From Chiloscyllium plagiosum (lineage: Eukaryota), in NCBI RefSeq assembly GCF_004010195.1, contig NC_057719.1, positions 8,754,066 to 8,818,065 of the forward strand: a stretch of 64,000 nt of DNA, written 5' to 3'. Below the pieces are notes generated by a model that was given only the letters and a program-made list of their open reading frames with translations, was not told the origin of the DNA and did not search any database. This document shows positions 12,958-24,275 of this stretch, in pieces. The translations under genes were made by a program, and so were the position numbers. Numbering within the stretch: position 1 is the stretch's first letter; every line of letters begins with the position of its first letter.

Positions 12958-14042
12958 CAGCTCTGATGAAGAATCATCTCGACTTGAAACATTAGCGTGC
13001 GCTCTCTCCACAGATGCTGCCTGACCCACTGCTGTTTATCATTCTTATAAATGACCTGGATGAGGGCGTGGAAGGATGGGTTAGTAAATTTGCAGATGAC
13101 ACTAAGATCGCTGAAGTTGTGGACACTGCAGATGGATGTTGCAGTTTACAGAGGGACTTAGATAAGCTGCACAGCTGGGCTGAGAGGTGGCAAATGCAGT
13201 TCAATGTGGAAAAGTGTGAGGTGATTCACTTTGGAAGGAGTAACAGGAATGCAGAGTACTGGGTGAATGGTAAGATTCTTGGTAATGTAGATGAGCAGAG
13301 AGACCTCGGTGTCCATGTCCATAGATCCCTGAAAGTTGCCACCCAGGTTGATAGGGTTGTTAGAAGGCATATGGTGTGTTAGCTTTTATTGGTAGAGGGA
13401 TTGAGTTTTGGAACTATGAGGTCATGTTGCAGCTGTACAAAACTCTAGTGTGGCCGGACTTGGAGTTTTGTGTGCAATTCTTCTCACTGCATTATAGAAA
13501 GGATGTGGAAGCATTGGAAAGGGTGCGGAGGAGATTTACCTAGCTGTTGCCTCGTATGGAGGGAAGGTCTTATGAGGAAAGGCTGAGGGACTTGAGACTG
13601 TTTTTATTAGAGAGACAAAGGTTGAGAGGTGACTCAATAGAGACATACAAGATGATCAGAGGAATAGATAGGGTGGGTAGTAAGAGCCTTTTTCCTCGGA
13701 TGGTGATGGCTAACACGAGTTGACACAGCTTTAAGTTGGGGGGGTGGGGTGATAGATAAAGGACAGATGTTAGAGGTAGATTCTTTACTTAGAGTAGTAG
13801 GGTTATGGAACGCACTGCCTGCAATAGTAGTGGACTCGCTAACTTTAAGGCATTTAAATGCTCATTGGATAAACATATGGATGATATTGGAATAGTGTAG
13901 GTTAGATGGGCTTCAGATTGGTTTCACAGGTCGGCACAACATCGAGGGCCAAAGGGCCTGTACTGCGCTGTAATGTTGTTTATCCTATGATCTCCAGCAT
14001 TTGTTGTTTTCAGTACAGATTCCAGCATCTGCAGTAATTTGC
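12958..14042 (+). mobile_element. Family-2 PLE terminus (hammerhead at 12963-12989) split by a CR1 insertion
   Basis: CTGATGA..GAAAC then CAGATGCTGCCTGACCCACTG | CR1 | TGATCTCCAGCATTTGTTGTTTTCAGTACAGATTCCAGC. Confidence 0.75.
13032..13987 (+). mobile_element. CR1/HER1 LINE, 5'-truncated RT C-terminus and 3' UTR (pseudogene)
   Basis: ORF 13014-13382 LFIILINDLDEGVEGWVSKFADDTKI...WQMQFNVEKCEVIHFG, then frameshifts. Confidence 0.93.
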
Positions 14043-15191
14043 CCCAACCCACCTAACCTTTCCTCAAAGGGTATCCTCAGAATGAGTCATTTAAACTTTT
14101 TATGTACTGCTTCCAATGGAGAGAGAAAAAAATCTCCTCACCTCAGTCTGAACTAGGAAAGCCCTTTTACTCCCCACTAGGCTCTGTTGTGATCTGAATC
14201 TACATAAAGTTTCTAACTTTTTACAAATACATACAAAACACAGGTGTATGAATTACAGAGGACAAATTAAAGCCTATACTTCTAGCCAGAGAGAATTGAC
14301 TTCCTCCAACCTCAACTGCCTCAGGCACTTTTGAGATACAAAAGACACAGGCACTTGTCAATCTGGCCACTAGTTGGTACTGTTCCAGGAGTTTGCATCT
14401 AGATCCAAAGGAGCCATCCATATTATTCAGAGCACTACCATTTGAAATCAATAATTCCAACCTTTTCTTGTTGGTGGTAAGATTGACAAGAATGATTGGA
14501 TGTAGGATTCATCACACGACCTCCAGCCTCAAAATGATCTCCCCCACTCACCCACTATTGGTGCCTGGCGAAAATCCATCATCGCAAGACTCAGAAAGCC
14601 AGGAACAGTTGGCTATTCAGCCCCTCGAACTTGTTCCACCACTCAACATGTTCGTCGTTAATCACCTAATTCAGTATTCTGCCTTTCCACACCAATCAAA
14701 ACACAAACAAACTCTTCACCATCTGATTTCTGATGATCAGTTGTACAGCCTTTTACTCAGTTGATGAAGAAACAAATGCATTCAAAGAATGGAAGACTTT
14801 TATTTTTTTTTAAACTCTGTCCTTTGTTTTTATCCTGAATGTTATTTCGAGCACTGTCCTGGAAGTGAAGTGTTAGTTTCTGGAGAATGCTGGACAACCC
14901 TGAGAGGTGGTCTCTAAGATGTTAGTCAATGGCAGGAAGTGGTAACCCATTATGTCTCGATATCTTAACTCTTCCCCCTCCCCCTGCTCTCACCAAAACA
15001 AATCTCTAAATTCAATCAACCATTCAACCATGAGCACACAAAATCTCAAACACAGGCATTCTATACCTTTCCAAATCAGCGCACAATAACGTTCATTAAC
15101 CTAATTAAATCAGATCTCTTTAGAAGTCCCTTATGACTAAATGAGTGGATGCTTAGGCTGGAATCTGAAGACAACAAATGCTGGGGATCAT

Positions 15192-15691
15192 CGAATAAAC
15201 AACATTACAGCGCTATACAGGCCCTTCGGCCCTCGATGTTGTGCCTACATGTGAAACCAATCTGAAGCCTACCTAACCAACACTATTCCAATATCATCCA
15301 TATGTTTATTCAATGACCATTTAAATGCCCTTAAGGTTAGCGAGTTCACTACTGTTGCAGGCAGTGCATTCCACACCACTACTATTCTGAATGAAGAATC
15401 TACCTCTGACATCTGTCACCCCTCAACTTAAAGCTATGTCAATTCGTACTAGCCATCACCATCCGAGGTAAAAGGCTCTCACTGTCCACCCTTTCTAATC
15501 TTCTGATAATCTTGTACGTCTCTATTAAGTCATCTCTCAACCTTCATCTCTCTAACGAAAACAGCCTCAAGTCTTTTAGCCTTTCATCATAAGACCTTCC
15601 CTCCATACCAGGCAACATCTTGGTAAATCTCCTCTGTACCCTTTCCAATGCTTCCACATCCTTCCTATAATGCGGCGACCAGAACTGTACA
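15192..15691 (-). mobile_element. CR1/HER1 LINE 3' fragment, same subfamily as 13032-13987
   Basis: Reverse complement aligns with 13471-13987 by eye. Confidence 0.88.
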
Positions 15692-16159
15692 TGATATTGT
15701 GTGCTATTGTACCTTCTTACATGATCGGGCAGTAGAGTTCCCTCTCCTTGACCGAGCTAAAATCACTTTAAATAACTTGACAGGAACTAGCGTCACATAG
15801 AGAGTAGGGTAAGTGTCCTCTGAAATTAACCTTTCCATTGCAACACCACTGTCAACATTGGACTGTACTAGATTTAAGGAAAAATGTATTATTTCTAATT
15901 TCAGGTGAATGTGTTGTTAGATATAAGCAGACAGGGAATAAAAGATTTCTGAATGAGTGAAAGGGAGAATGATTGTTACAGGGAATAATTACGGATGGCA
16001 TAATCTCTACCCATGACTTGGCTACAGAAAACAATTGACAGTTTGCAGAAAATGAACCAAATCTGGATCAATGCCAGAGAGTGATCAATACCTGAGAGTG
16101 AACACAATGAGAATAACCAACAGCTGTGAGTGAAGAGGAAGAGATTAATTATTATTATT

Positions 16160-16780
16160 AGGGTAATATATAAGGGACTTGGCTGGCAAACAGGAAACTG
16201 GGAGCAGGAATTAGTTTTGGTTTGGTGCGATGTGACAAGTCAGTGCTACAGGGATCGATGTTGGAGTGTCACCTATTTACAATTTATATTAACAATGTGA
16301 GTGAGGAGACTGAATGCATGGATGCTAGATTTGCTGATGGCACCAAATGGATAGTTATGCAGAGGATATAAGGAATCTGTAAAGTGAAACCCGAGGGTTA
16401 AATGAGTGGGCAAAATGTTTGCAGATGGAGTACAAAATTGGACAATGTCTACTTTGGCAGGAAGGGCAGAAAATCAGCACGTGATTTCAACAGTGAGATA
16501 TTGCAGCATGTGGTGGCATGGACATCTGGGTGCCCTGGTAGACGAATCATAAAAGAAAATTAGTTTGCAGATGCAACAGGTTATCTGGAAAAGGCAAATG
16601 GAACATTGTTGTACATTGCAATGATAAGGGTATATTAAAAGTAGTGAAGTTCTGCTTTAGTTGTACAAGGTATTTTTGCAGCCACATCTGGAGTACTCCA
16701 CACAGTTTTGGTCTCCTCATTTCAGAAATTATATAAATGTGTTCAAAACAATTCAGTGACAATTCATTCGACTTATCGAG
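16160..16780 (+). mobile_element. Old CR1 RT fragment
   Basis: AGATTTGCTGATGGCACCAAA (FADD-like) and TGGCAGATGGAG-like motifs, heavily decayed. Confidence 0.75.
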
Positions 16781-16785
16781 TTATA

Positions 16786-17135
16786 GAATTGAATTGAATT
16801 GAATTGAATTTACTGTCACGTGTGCTGAGGCTCAGTGAAAAGCTTTGTCTTGCGAGCAATACAGCCAGGTCACAGAGTTAAGTAGCATAGATAGTAAATA
16901 ATAGGTAAACAGCGGCAAAAACAAAAACACAGGTACAGGCGAATGTTAAGAGTTTATGAGTCCATTCAGTATTCTAACAACAGGCGGGTAGAAACTGTTT
17001 TGAAACCGGCTGGTGCGTGTGTTCAGGCTTCTGTACCTTCTCCCTGAAGGTAGTGGTTGTAGACAAACATTGCCAGGGTGGGATGGATCTTTGAGAATGC
17101 TGGCGGCCTTTCCTTGACAGCGGGCCTGGTAGATG
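16786..17135 (-). mobile_element. Rex1/Babar-type LINE 3' end with (AATTC)n tail
   Basis: Minus ORF KAASILKDPSHPGNVCLQPLPSGRRYRSLNTRTSRFQNSFYP. Confidence 0.85.
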
Positions 17136-17137
17136 GA

Positions 17138-17575
17138 GGAGATGTACAGCACGGAAACAAACCCTTCAGTCCAACTCATCCATGCTGGCCAGATATCCTA
17201 AATTAGTCTCGTTTCATTTGCCAGCTTTTGGCTCATATCCCTCTAAACCCTTCCTATTCATGTACCCATCCAGATGCTTTTTAAATGCTGTAATTGTACC
17301 AGTCTCCACCACTTCCTCTGGCAGCTCATTCCAAAAATCCACCTCTGTCTGCATGAAATGTTGCCCCTTAGATCCCTTTTAAATCCCCCTTTCACTTTAA
17401 ACTTATGCCCTTTAGTTCTGGACTTCCCCACTCGGGGAAAAGTCCTTGGTGATTCATCCTATCCATATCCTTCGTGATTTCACAAACATTTATGAGGTCC
17501 CCCCCTCAGCTCCCGAAGTTCCAGGCAAAATAGCCCCAGTCTATTCAGCCTATTCCTGTAGCTCAACTCCTCCAG
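17138..17575 (-). mobile_element. CR1/HER1 LINE 3' fragment
   Basis: LEELSYRNRLNRLGLFCLE on the minus strand plus 3' UTR. Confidence 0.85.
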
Positions 17576-17751
17576 CTCACAATGGAGCTTTGAAGAATAA
17601 GAGGTGATCTTATTCAGACATACAGGATTCTGAGGGAACTTGACAGGTCGGACACTCTGAGGTTTTTCCTGTCTCTGAGGGACTCTAATCAGCATTTGCA
17701 GGTGAAAATTCTCACTTTCTCCCAGGTTAAAAAATAACGGCTATAATCACC

Positions 17752-17976
17752 TAGGAGAAAACGAGGACTGCAGATGTTGGAGATCAGAGTCAGAAAGTTT
17801 GGTGCTGGAAAAGCACAGCAGGTCAGGCAGCGTCTGAGGAGCAGGAGGATCGACATTTCAGGCATAAACCCTTCATCAAGATTCCTGACAAAGAGTTCAT
17901 ACTCAAAACATCGACTCTCCTGCTACTCAGATGCTGCCAGACCGGCTGTGCTTTTCCAGCACCACATTTTTCAACT
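17752..17976. mobile_element. Family-1 palindromic mini-element inside CR1 debris (17580-18360)
   Basis: GGTGCTGGAAAAGCACAGC...|...GCTGTGCTTTTCCAGCACC arms with decayed hammerhead cores at the centre. Confidence 0.8.
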
Positions 17977-18389
17977 AAAAATAAAGGTTGCCCATTCTTG
18001 CTGGAGACCAGGACAAATATGCCTTTCATTAAAGGTTTGTGAGCATTTGGAACCCAGCGAGCTGCGGAGGGGCAGTCATTGAATAGGTTTAAGGCAGAGG
18101 CGGATAAATTCTTCACTGGAAAGGGAATCAAAAGTTATCAGGGAGTGGTTGGAACATTGGTTTGAGGCCACAGTCAGGGCAGGAAAGTGGACGTGAGGAA
18201 CGTTGGATCAGCCGTGATCCTATTGAATGGTGGAGCAGGCCTGAGGGGCCGAATGGCCTACTCCCGTTCCTATTTCTTATGATTTTATCAGATCGGCCAT
18301 CATCTTATTGAAGAGTGGAACAGCCTTGAGGAGCTGGGTGGCCTACCTCTGTTCCTAACCCAGAGGTTCCTAAATATTATGTTCTTCAA

Positions 18390-19280
18390 AACGATTACAG
18401 ATAGAGAATTATTGATACCTGTGATTGACTGCAGAGAGGATAATTGAAACCTGTGATTGATTAGAGAAGGATAATCGATACCTGTGATTGAATAGTGAGA
18501 GGATAATCGATGCCTGAGATTGAATAGTGAGAGGATAATCAATACCTGTGATTGATTAGTGAGAGGATAATCGATACCTGAGATTGATTAGTGAGAGGAT
18601 AATCAATACCTGTGATTGATTAGTGAGAGGATAATCGATACCTGAGATTGATTAGTGAGAGGATAATCGATACCCGTGATTGATTAGTGAGAGGATAATC
18701 GATACCTGAGATTGAATAGTGAGAGGATAATCGATACCTGTGATTGATTAGTGAGAGGATAATCGATGCCTGAGATTGAATAGTGAGAGGATAATCGATG
18801 CCTGAGATTGAATAGTGAGAGGATAATCGATACCTGTGATTGATTAGTGAGAGGATAATCGATACCTGAGATTGAATAGTGAGAGGAGAATCGATACCTG
18901 TGATTGATTAGTGAGAGGAGAATCAATACCTGTGATTGATTAGAGAGAGGATAATCAATACCTGTGATTGAATAGTGAGGAGAATCGATACCTGTGATTG
19001 ATTAGAGAGAGGAGAATCGATACCTGTGATTGATTAGAGAGAGGATAATTGATACCTGTGATTGACTGCAGAGAGGATAATCGACACCTAGATTGATTAT
19101 AGAGAGGATAATCAATACCTGTGATTGATTAGTGAGATGATAATCGATACCTGTGATTGATTCGAGAGAGGATAATCGAAACTTGTGATTGATTAGAGAG
19201 AGGATAATTGATACCTGTGATTGACTACAGGGAGGATAATTGATACCTATGACTAATTAATGATTGAATAATCAATACTC
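18390..19280. repeat. 32-bp minisatellite, ~27 copies
   Basis: Unit GATTGA(T/A)TAGTGAGAGGATAATCGATACCTG(T/A), head to tail with no spacers. Confidence 0.97.
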
Positions 19281-19399
19281 TGAAGTGAATAAAAGATAAT
19301 GGATAGCTGAGAGCGATTACCTGAAACAATGACTTTTTGTGGTTCTACCAATACCTAGGAGTAATTGTAAGTGGTGTAGTATTTTTTAAAGTCTTTCTC

Positions 19400-19928
19400 A
19401 ATTCATTGACAGGATGAGGGTATCGTTCTCTCAGCCAGCAGTTATTGACAGCAGCTTCCTTCCCTAAAGGACCTGAGTGAACCAGATGGAGCTTTCCTGG
19501 CAATTAACATCATTAGAATCGTAATTCCAGATTTTTACTGAATTTGAATTCACCAGCTGTCATGGTGGGATTCGAACCCAGGTCCCCAGAACATTACCTA
19601 GGTCTCTGGATTAACAGTCTAGCATAGGGGAGGTGTTGGCCTAGTGGTAGTATCAGCAGACAGTGAAATTTGACTTCAATAAAAATCTGAGATTAAGAGT
19701 CTAATGATGATTGTGAGCCCATTGTCGATTGTTGGAAAAACCCATCTGGTTCACTAATGTTCTTTTGATCCTTACTTGATCTGGCCTACAATTGACTCCT
19801 AACCCACAGCAATGTGGTTGATTCTTAACTGCCCTCTGGGCAATTAAGGATGGACAATGAACGCTGGCCTAGTCATCGATGTCCTCATTCAGTGAATGAA
19901 TAAAATACACTGCTAGGCCATTGCCTTT
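19400..19928. mobile_element. Two MetaSINE-like copies: plus copy (19626-19905) nested in a minus copy
   Basis: Minus copy breaks at ~19625 and its head (CTAGGCCATTGCCT) resumes at ~19912. Confidence 0.7.
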
Positions 19929-19954
19929 GCTGTAATGTAAAGTAGCCTTAGTCA

Positions 19955-20132
19955 AGCCTGAGCATTGGGCTGCTCTCTCATTAGAGAGAGAGACAACTGC
20001 TGATGGTTTAATCTGAGAGCCAGCATGCCTCAGGGAAAAGGAAAAGTTGGGAAGGAGAATTCCTCCGGTGTTGGAATTGAACCCATGGTGTTGGCATCAC
20101 TCTGTGTCACAAATCCAGCTAACTCACCCCCT
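19955..20132 (-). mobile_element. Further tRNA-derived SINE family (also at 53550-53975)
   Basis: GGGTTCAATTCC B-box and GAGAGAGCAGCCC tail shared with the 53550 copy. Confidence 0.6.
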
Positions 20133-20334
20133 TAGTAGCTTATAAGTAAAGGAGGAACTCTGACTTTGATAATATATACAGTTGCTCGATCATAGATGAA
20201 ATAACTGCATAGAGACCTGGTATCCCATCACCAAGTCACATGTGTACAGTACATTGGCTGGTGACCAGCCAGCTCAGAGTCAGTCCCTGAATTCAAGGGA
20301 CTCTCTCAATTCCCTGTTTATTTAATTTTTTTAA

Positions 20335-20608
20335 AGATTCTCTACAGTGTGGAAACAGACCCTTAGGCCCAACAAGTCCACATTTCCCTCTGACTAATGC
20401 ACCTAACACAATGGGCAATCTAGCATGGCCAATTCACCTGACCTGCACATCTTTGGACTGTGGGAGGAAACTGGAGCACCTGGAGGAAACCCACGCAGAC
20501 ACGGGGAGAGCGTGCAAACTCCACACAGACAGTCGCCCGAGGCTGGAATCGAACTTGGGACCCTAGTGCTGTGAGGCAGCAGTGCTGACCACTGAGCCAC
20601 CGTGCCGC
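20335..20608 (-). mobile_element. HE1-type V-SINE, full head
   Basis: Minus strand GCGGCACGGTGGCTCAGTGG..., V-domain, tail. Confidence 0.9.
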
Positions 20609-20625
20609 TATAATTCCCTGTTTAT

Positions 20626-20975
20626 TTATTTATTTTTTCTTGCACTCCACTCCCTGCGGCGCCCACCTCTCCCTGAACAACTCCAGGGTGTTGGTGAAAT
20701 CTCCTGTTCTTTTTTTTATATAGGAAAACACCCATCTTCTGTTTTTTTTTTATTAACCCCCACACTACCCACCTAAGTGCGGTAGAATTCCCTGTTTATT
20801 TTTTTCTTTTTTTTTTTTTTGTTTTTTTTTTAATTCAATTTCCACCACCAGGAAGATAGGAAACACCCGGGTGGCCAGTGACAAACACTGCCCTTCACAT
20901 CAAAGGACAGTGCTGTGTGATCAAAACAGTGAAGGGGAGGGGAGGGACTAAATCAAAATAGAGTTGGAGGGGAAG
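20626..20975 (-). mobile_element. Poly(A)-tailed L1/Tx1-like 3' fragments
   Basis: Minus 20640-20695 encodes TNTLELFRERWAPQGVEC; minus 20950-20975 encodes PSNSILI-stop followed by a 3' UTR and poly(A). Confidence 0.6.
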
Positions 20976-22309
20976 AATTCCCTGTTTATATCTGTAACCC
21001 AGGGTGCCCTGATTGGCCCGGGTTAACAACCCCAATCAAGGATCTCATAGTCAATGAGATCCACCTGGTTCCAATCACTACAGATGGAGAATTTGGGAAT
21101 TTCTGAAAATTGGCACATTTTGTCAAGTTGTTTGTCTTGCACTCACCAGGACACAGACAAGAACACCAATGTAAAATGGAACAACACTGTAAACTGTGTG
21201 AGAACAGATTACTGATTGGACATGGACCCTGACCAGTAAAGGCTGCGGCATGGAATCTGCACCAGTTTGATGACGAGGGTTAACCTACCGAGTTTAAATT
21301 TAAACAAAGTTCAATAGTTAACCGTCAGTCATCATCTAAGTGGTGAATTCTGCATGGCAAAACCTATACCAATCAGAGTCCACTTGCCTAACAATTAGCA
21401 TTCTCTGATTAACAGTATAAATATTGTATTCCCGTTACTTTGATATTTCTTGCAAATTGTTCTGGTGAATGCAAGGTGAAAAGTTTTGCATTTTATCAAT
21501 GAAACCCTGTTAATATTTTTATACACATTGCTCACAGATAGAATTCAATGATAAAATATGCTTTCAGCAGGGCAGAAATTGTAATGAAGTCTAGCTTTAA
21601 ATCTCAACCTCTTTCAGAATTGATGTAGTCAGATGTCTTCCGATATTGATGAATTATTGACCTAATATTAGACTTCATCATGGCAGGATGTCCTCCTAGG
21701 GTAATGACAGTACCTCCCTGCATAGCATTAATGATTTACACAGCACAGATGCAGGTAGATAAATCAGGACCTAAACAAAGATCTCCAGCTCTCTTTCTCT
21801 CTCTCTCTCTCTTTCTCTTGGCACCTGGACAATTGCCAAGCATTCCTGAAGCCAAAGCATATCTTCTCATTTCTGTGGTGCATAATTCAGGAACTGCATG
21901 TCTTCTGGGCATCAGAGCTGTATATTAAAGATGGCAGTGATAATATCAAGTGTGTCTGTTGTGCCTGAACTATAAGCATAGATTTAGGCAATACATAACT
22001 TGATGTCTAAAAGCTCCAATTAATACATCAAGTCAAGTGACAAGTTGCTCAATTTCATTAAAAGGGCATTTAAACCACAAAAGACCTATCAGCTTCAATC
22101 TTTCTTGTGTGTTTGACTCCTCTTCATTTCTCAGTCCCTCCTCCCATTTATTTTTGATTTGCTGCTCCTTTCCAAAAGTGTGACCAAAGAGATTTACTAG
22201 TTGGTTGGATTGGGAAATGATGTTACCAGGTCCTGGCTTCACATTCCAAGCCTCGATGTGGGCATTTTCCCTCCTTTCTGGTTGTGCGTGCAGGCCCTGT
22301 TTCAGGCCT

Positions 22310-22430
22310 CGCAGAGCTGAAGGAGTGCTGCACAGTCGGAGGTGCCGTCTTTGGGATGTGATGTTAAATCAAGGATCTGTCTGCCTTCTCAGATGGGTGT
22401 AACACTATTTCAGAGAGGACCAGTGAAGAT
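22310..22430 (+). mobile_element. Deu-domain SINE fragment (SacSINE1/AmnSINE1-like)
   Basis: GGAGTGCTGCACAGTCGGAGGTGCCGTCTTTGGGATGTGATGTTAAATCAAGG; related pieces at ~22800, 27800-28200 and 55925-56200. Confidence 0.7.
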
Positions 22431-22544
22431 CTCCACTTATGTAGCTCCCCACCAGCTGCTGAAAACGTACCAACCAGGGTGCATAAAATCTAGTCTTAAT
22501 CTAAACTGAGCTGGAAAATGGGGTTAGAGTAGTGACGGGGGGCC

Positions 22545-22715
22545 GAGAGTGTGTTGCTGGAAGAGCACAGCAGATCAAGCAGCATCCGAGGAGCAGGAGA
22601 ATCGACGTTTTAGGCATAAGCCCTTCATCAGGAATGAGGCTTGTGGGTCGGGAGGCTAGAGATAAATGAGAAGGGTGGGGCTGGGGGGAAGGTAGCTGGG
22701 AATATGATAGATAGA
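22545..22715 (-). mobile_element. PLE 3' terminal segment (family 1)
   Basis: Minus TTCCTGATGAAGGGCTTATGCCTAAAACGTCG (GAAA mutated); homologous to 1990-2140. Confidence 0.8.
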
Positions 22716-23109
22716 ATGATGCATTTGTTTTTTCCCAGTGCAGACTCAATGGGCCAAATGGCCTCTTTTGTTCTGTACTGTATATCTTGAGTAGTGAGCT
22801 TTTGTCTGAGGTGTTAAATTGAGGTCCCATCTGCTTTGCCCTGGTATTGTTTCAAGGAGTATTCAGGAAGTTCTTCAAGGTCAATATTGACCCTTTGACT
22901 AACCCTAACCCCTCTAAAAAACTCGACACAAATCCAGAGAGTCCAAGAAAAACTCAGAAGGTCTGGTATCTGTGCAGGAAGAAACAGAACTAACAGTTCG
23001 AGTGTGGTATAACTGAAAAGGGTTGGAAATTATTTCCATATTTTCGAAAGAGGCAGAAGAGGGATGAAGGGAACAGATGGTGTGGAAGTCCTGTGTACAA
23101 GATAAAGCA

Positions 23110-23304
23110 AAAAAATCACACAACACCAGGTTATAGTCCAACAGGTTTATTTGGAAGCACAAGCTTTCAGAGTATAAGCTAGCTCCCTGACGAAGGAGCA
23201 GCGCTCCGAAAGCTAGTGCTTCCAAATAAACCTGTTGGTCTATAACCTGGTGTTGTGTGATTTTTAATTTTGTCCATCCCAGTGCAACATCGGCTCCTCT
23301 ACAT
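23110..23304. mobile_element. Family-3 palindromic mini-element with intact hammerhead motif
   Basis: CTGACGA(23187-23193)-A-GGAGC-AGC-GCTCC-GAAA(23208-23211)-GCTA; TSD CAAGA(T/C)AAAGCA at 23098-23109 and 23305-23316. Confidence 0.82.
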
Positions 23305-23379
23305 CAAGACAAAGCAGTTGTTAACAGTGTTATAAGAGAGTAAGAGATGTACACCCAGTGATCTTAATTCCAAACGTTT

Positions 23380-24275
23380 TAAGGATAGTTATGGACAAGG
23401 GTAAGACTAGTCCTTGGCTTCCCAGGACTGGGAATTACAGTCAGTATGAGGCAAGACCTGGAGAAATTAGATTTGGGGAATGGCTGTTTGAGGGCAAGCC
23501 CACATCTGACATGTGGGAATCTTTTCAAGGCCAGACTTCAGGAGCAGCATGTTCCTGTGAGGACGAAAGATAAGGATGGTAAGATTCCGGTAACCTGGAC
23601 GACAAGAGATATGGAAAGTTTAGCTGAACAGCAAAAGGAAATGTATGTAAGTCCAGGAAACTGAAATCAGCCAAGTCCCTTGAGAAATATAAAAGGAAGC
23701 ATGAAAGAACCTAAAAAAGGAATTAGGACGGCGAAAAGGAGTCATGAAACACTCTTGAGTTAAGGAGAATCCCAAGGCATTTTACGCAGAAACGAGGAGC
23801 AAGAGGGTAGGTAGGGAAAGGGTTGATCTACTCAAGGATGAAGGAGGACATTTAGATATGGGGCTAGAGCTACTGGGTGAGATACTGGATGAATACTTTG
23901 CATCAGTATTCAACAGAGAGAAGGACATGGATCATGGTAAGATCAGGGAAAGATATATTGATATTCTAGGACATGTCACTATGAAGGAGGAGGAGGTATA
24001 GATCTCTTGAATAATGTTAAGGTAGATACGCTCTGATGAAAATAGGTGGAGTTGTGGATGGTTAGGAAGGTGTTCAAAGAATGCAGCAGGAAATATATCC
24101 ATTGGAAAGTCAGAAGGAGAAATAATAAATGGAATTTACAAAGTTTAAGAGGCATTTACACAGACACATGAACAGTCAGGGCATATGGAATTAGTTTATA
24201 ATGGCATCACAGTTGACACAGTTTTGATGGGCTGAATGGCATCTTCTTGTGCTGCATTGATCTATGTTCTATGGA
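23380..24275 (+). mobile_element. Decayed CR1 ORF2 fragments
   Basis: AAGGAGAATCCCAAGGCATTTTAC (KENPKAFY), GAATACTTTGCATCAGTATTC (EYFASVF), then a 3' end. Confidence 0.8.

Larger units (their letters stand above)
20170..21082 (-). mobile_element. LTR-like repeat (solo LTR) with multiple insertions at its TATA box
   Basis: Minus strand starts TGTAGTGATTGG, then GGCCAATCAGGG and GATATAAACAGGG. Homologous to 2622-4343. Left end uncertain. Confidence 0.6.

Noticed and set aside
14221..14764. ORFs of 79 and 123 aa in non-repeat sequence
   Set aside because: No domain or convincing splice structure was recognised.
18390..19280. CRISPR-like array of ~32-bp repeats
   Set aside because: Units are contiguous with no unique spacers, there are no cas genes, and the context is vertebrate. 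It is a minisatellite.
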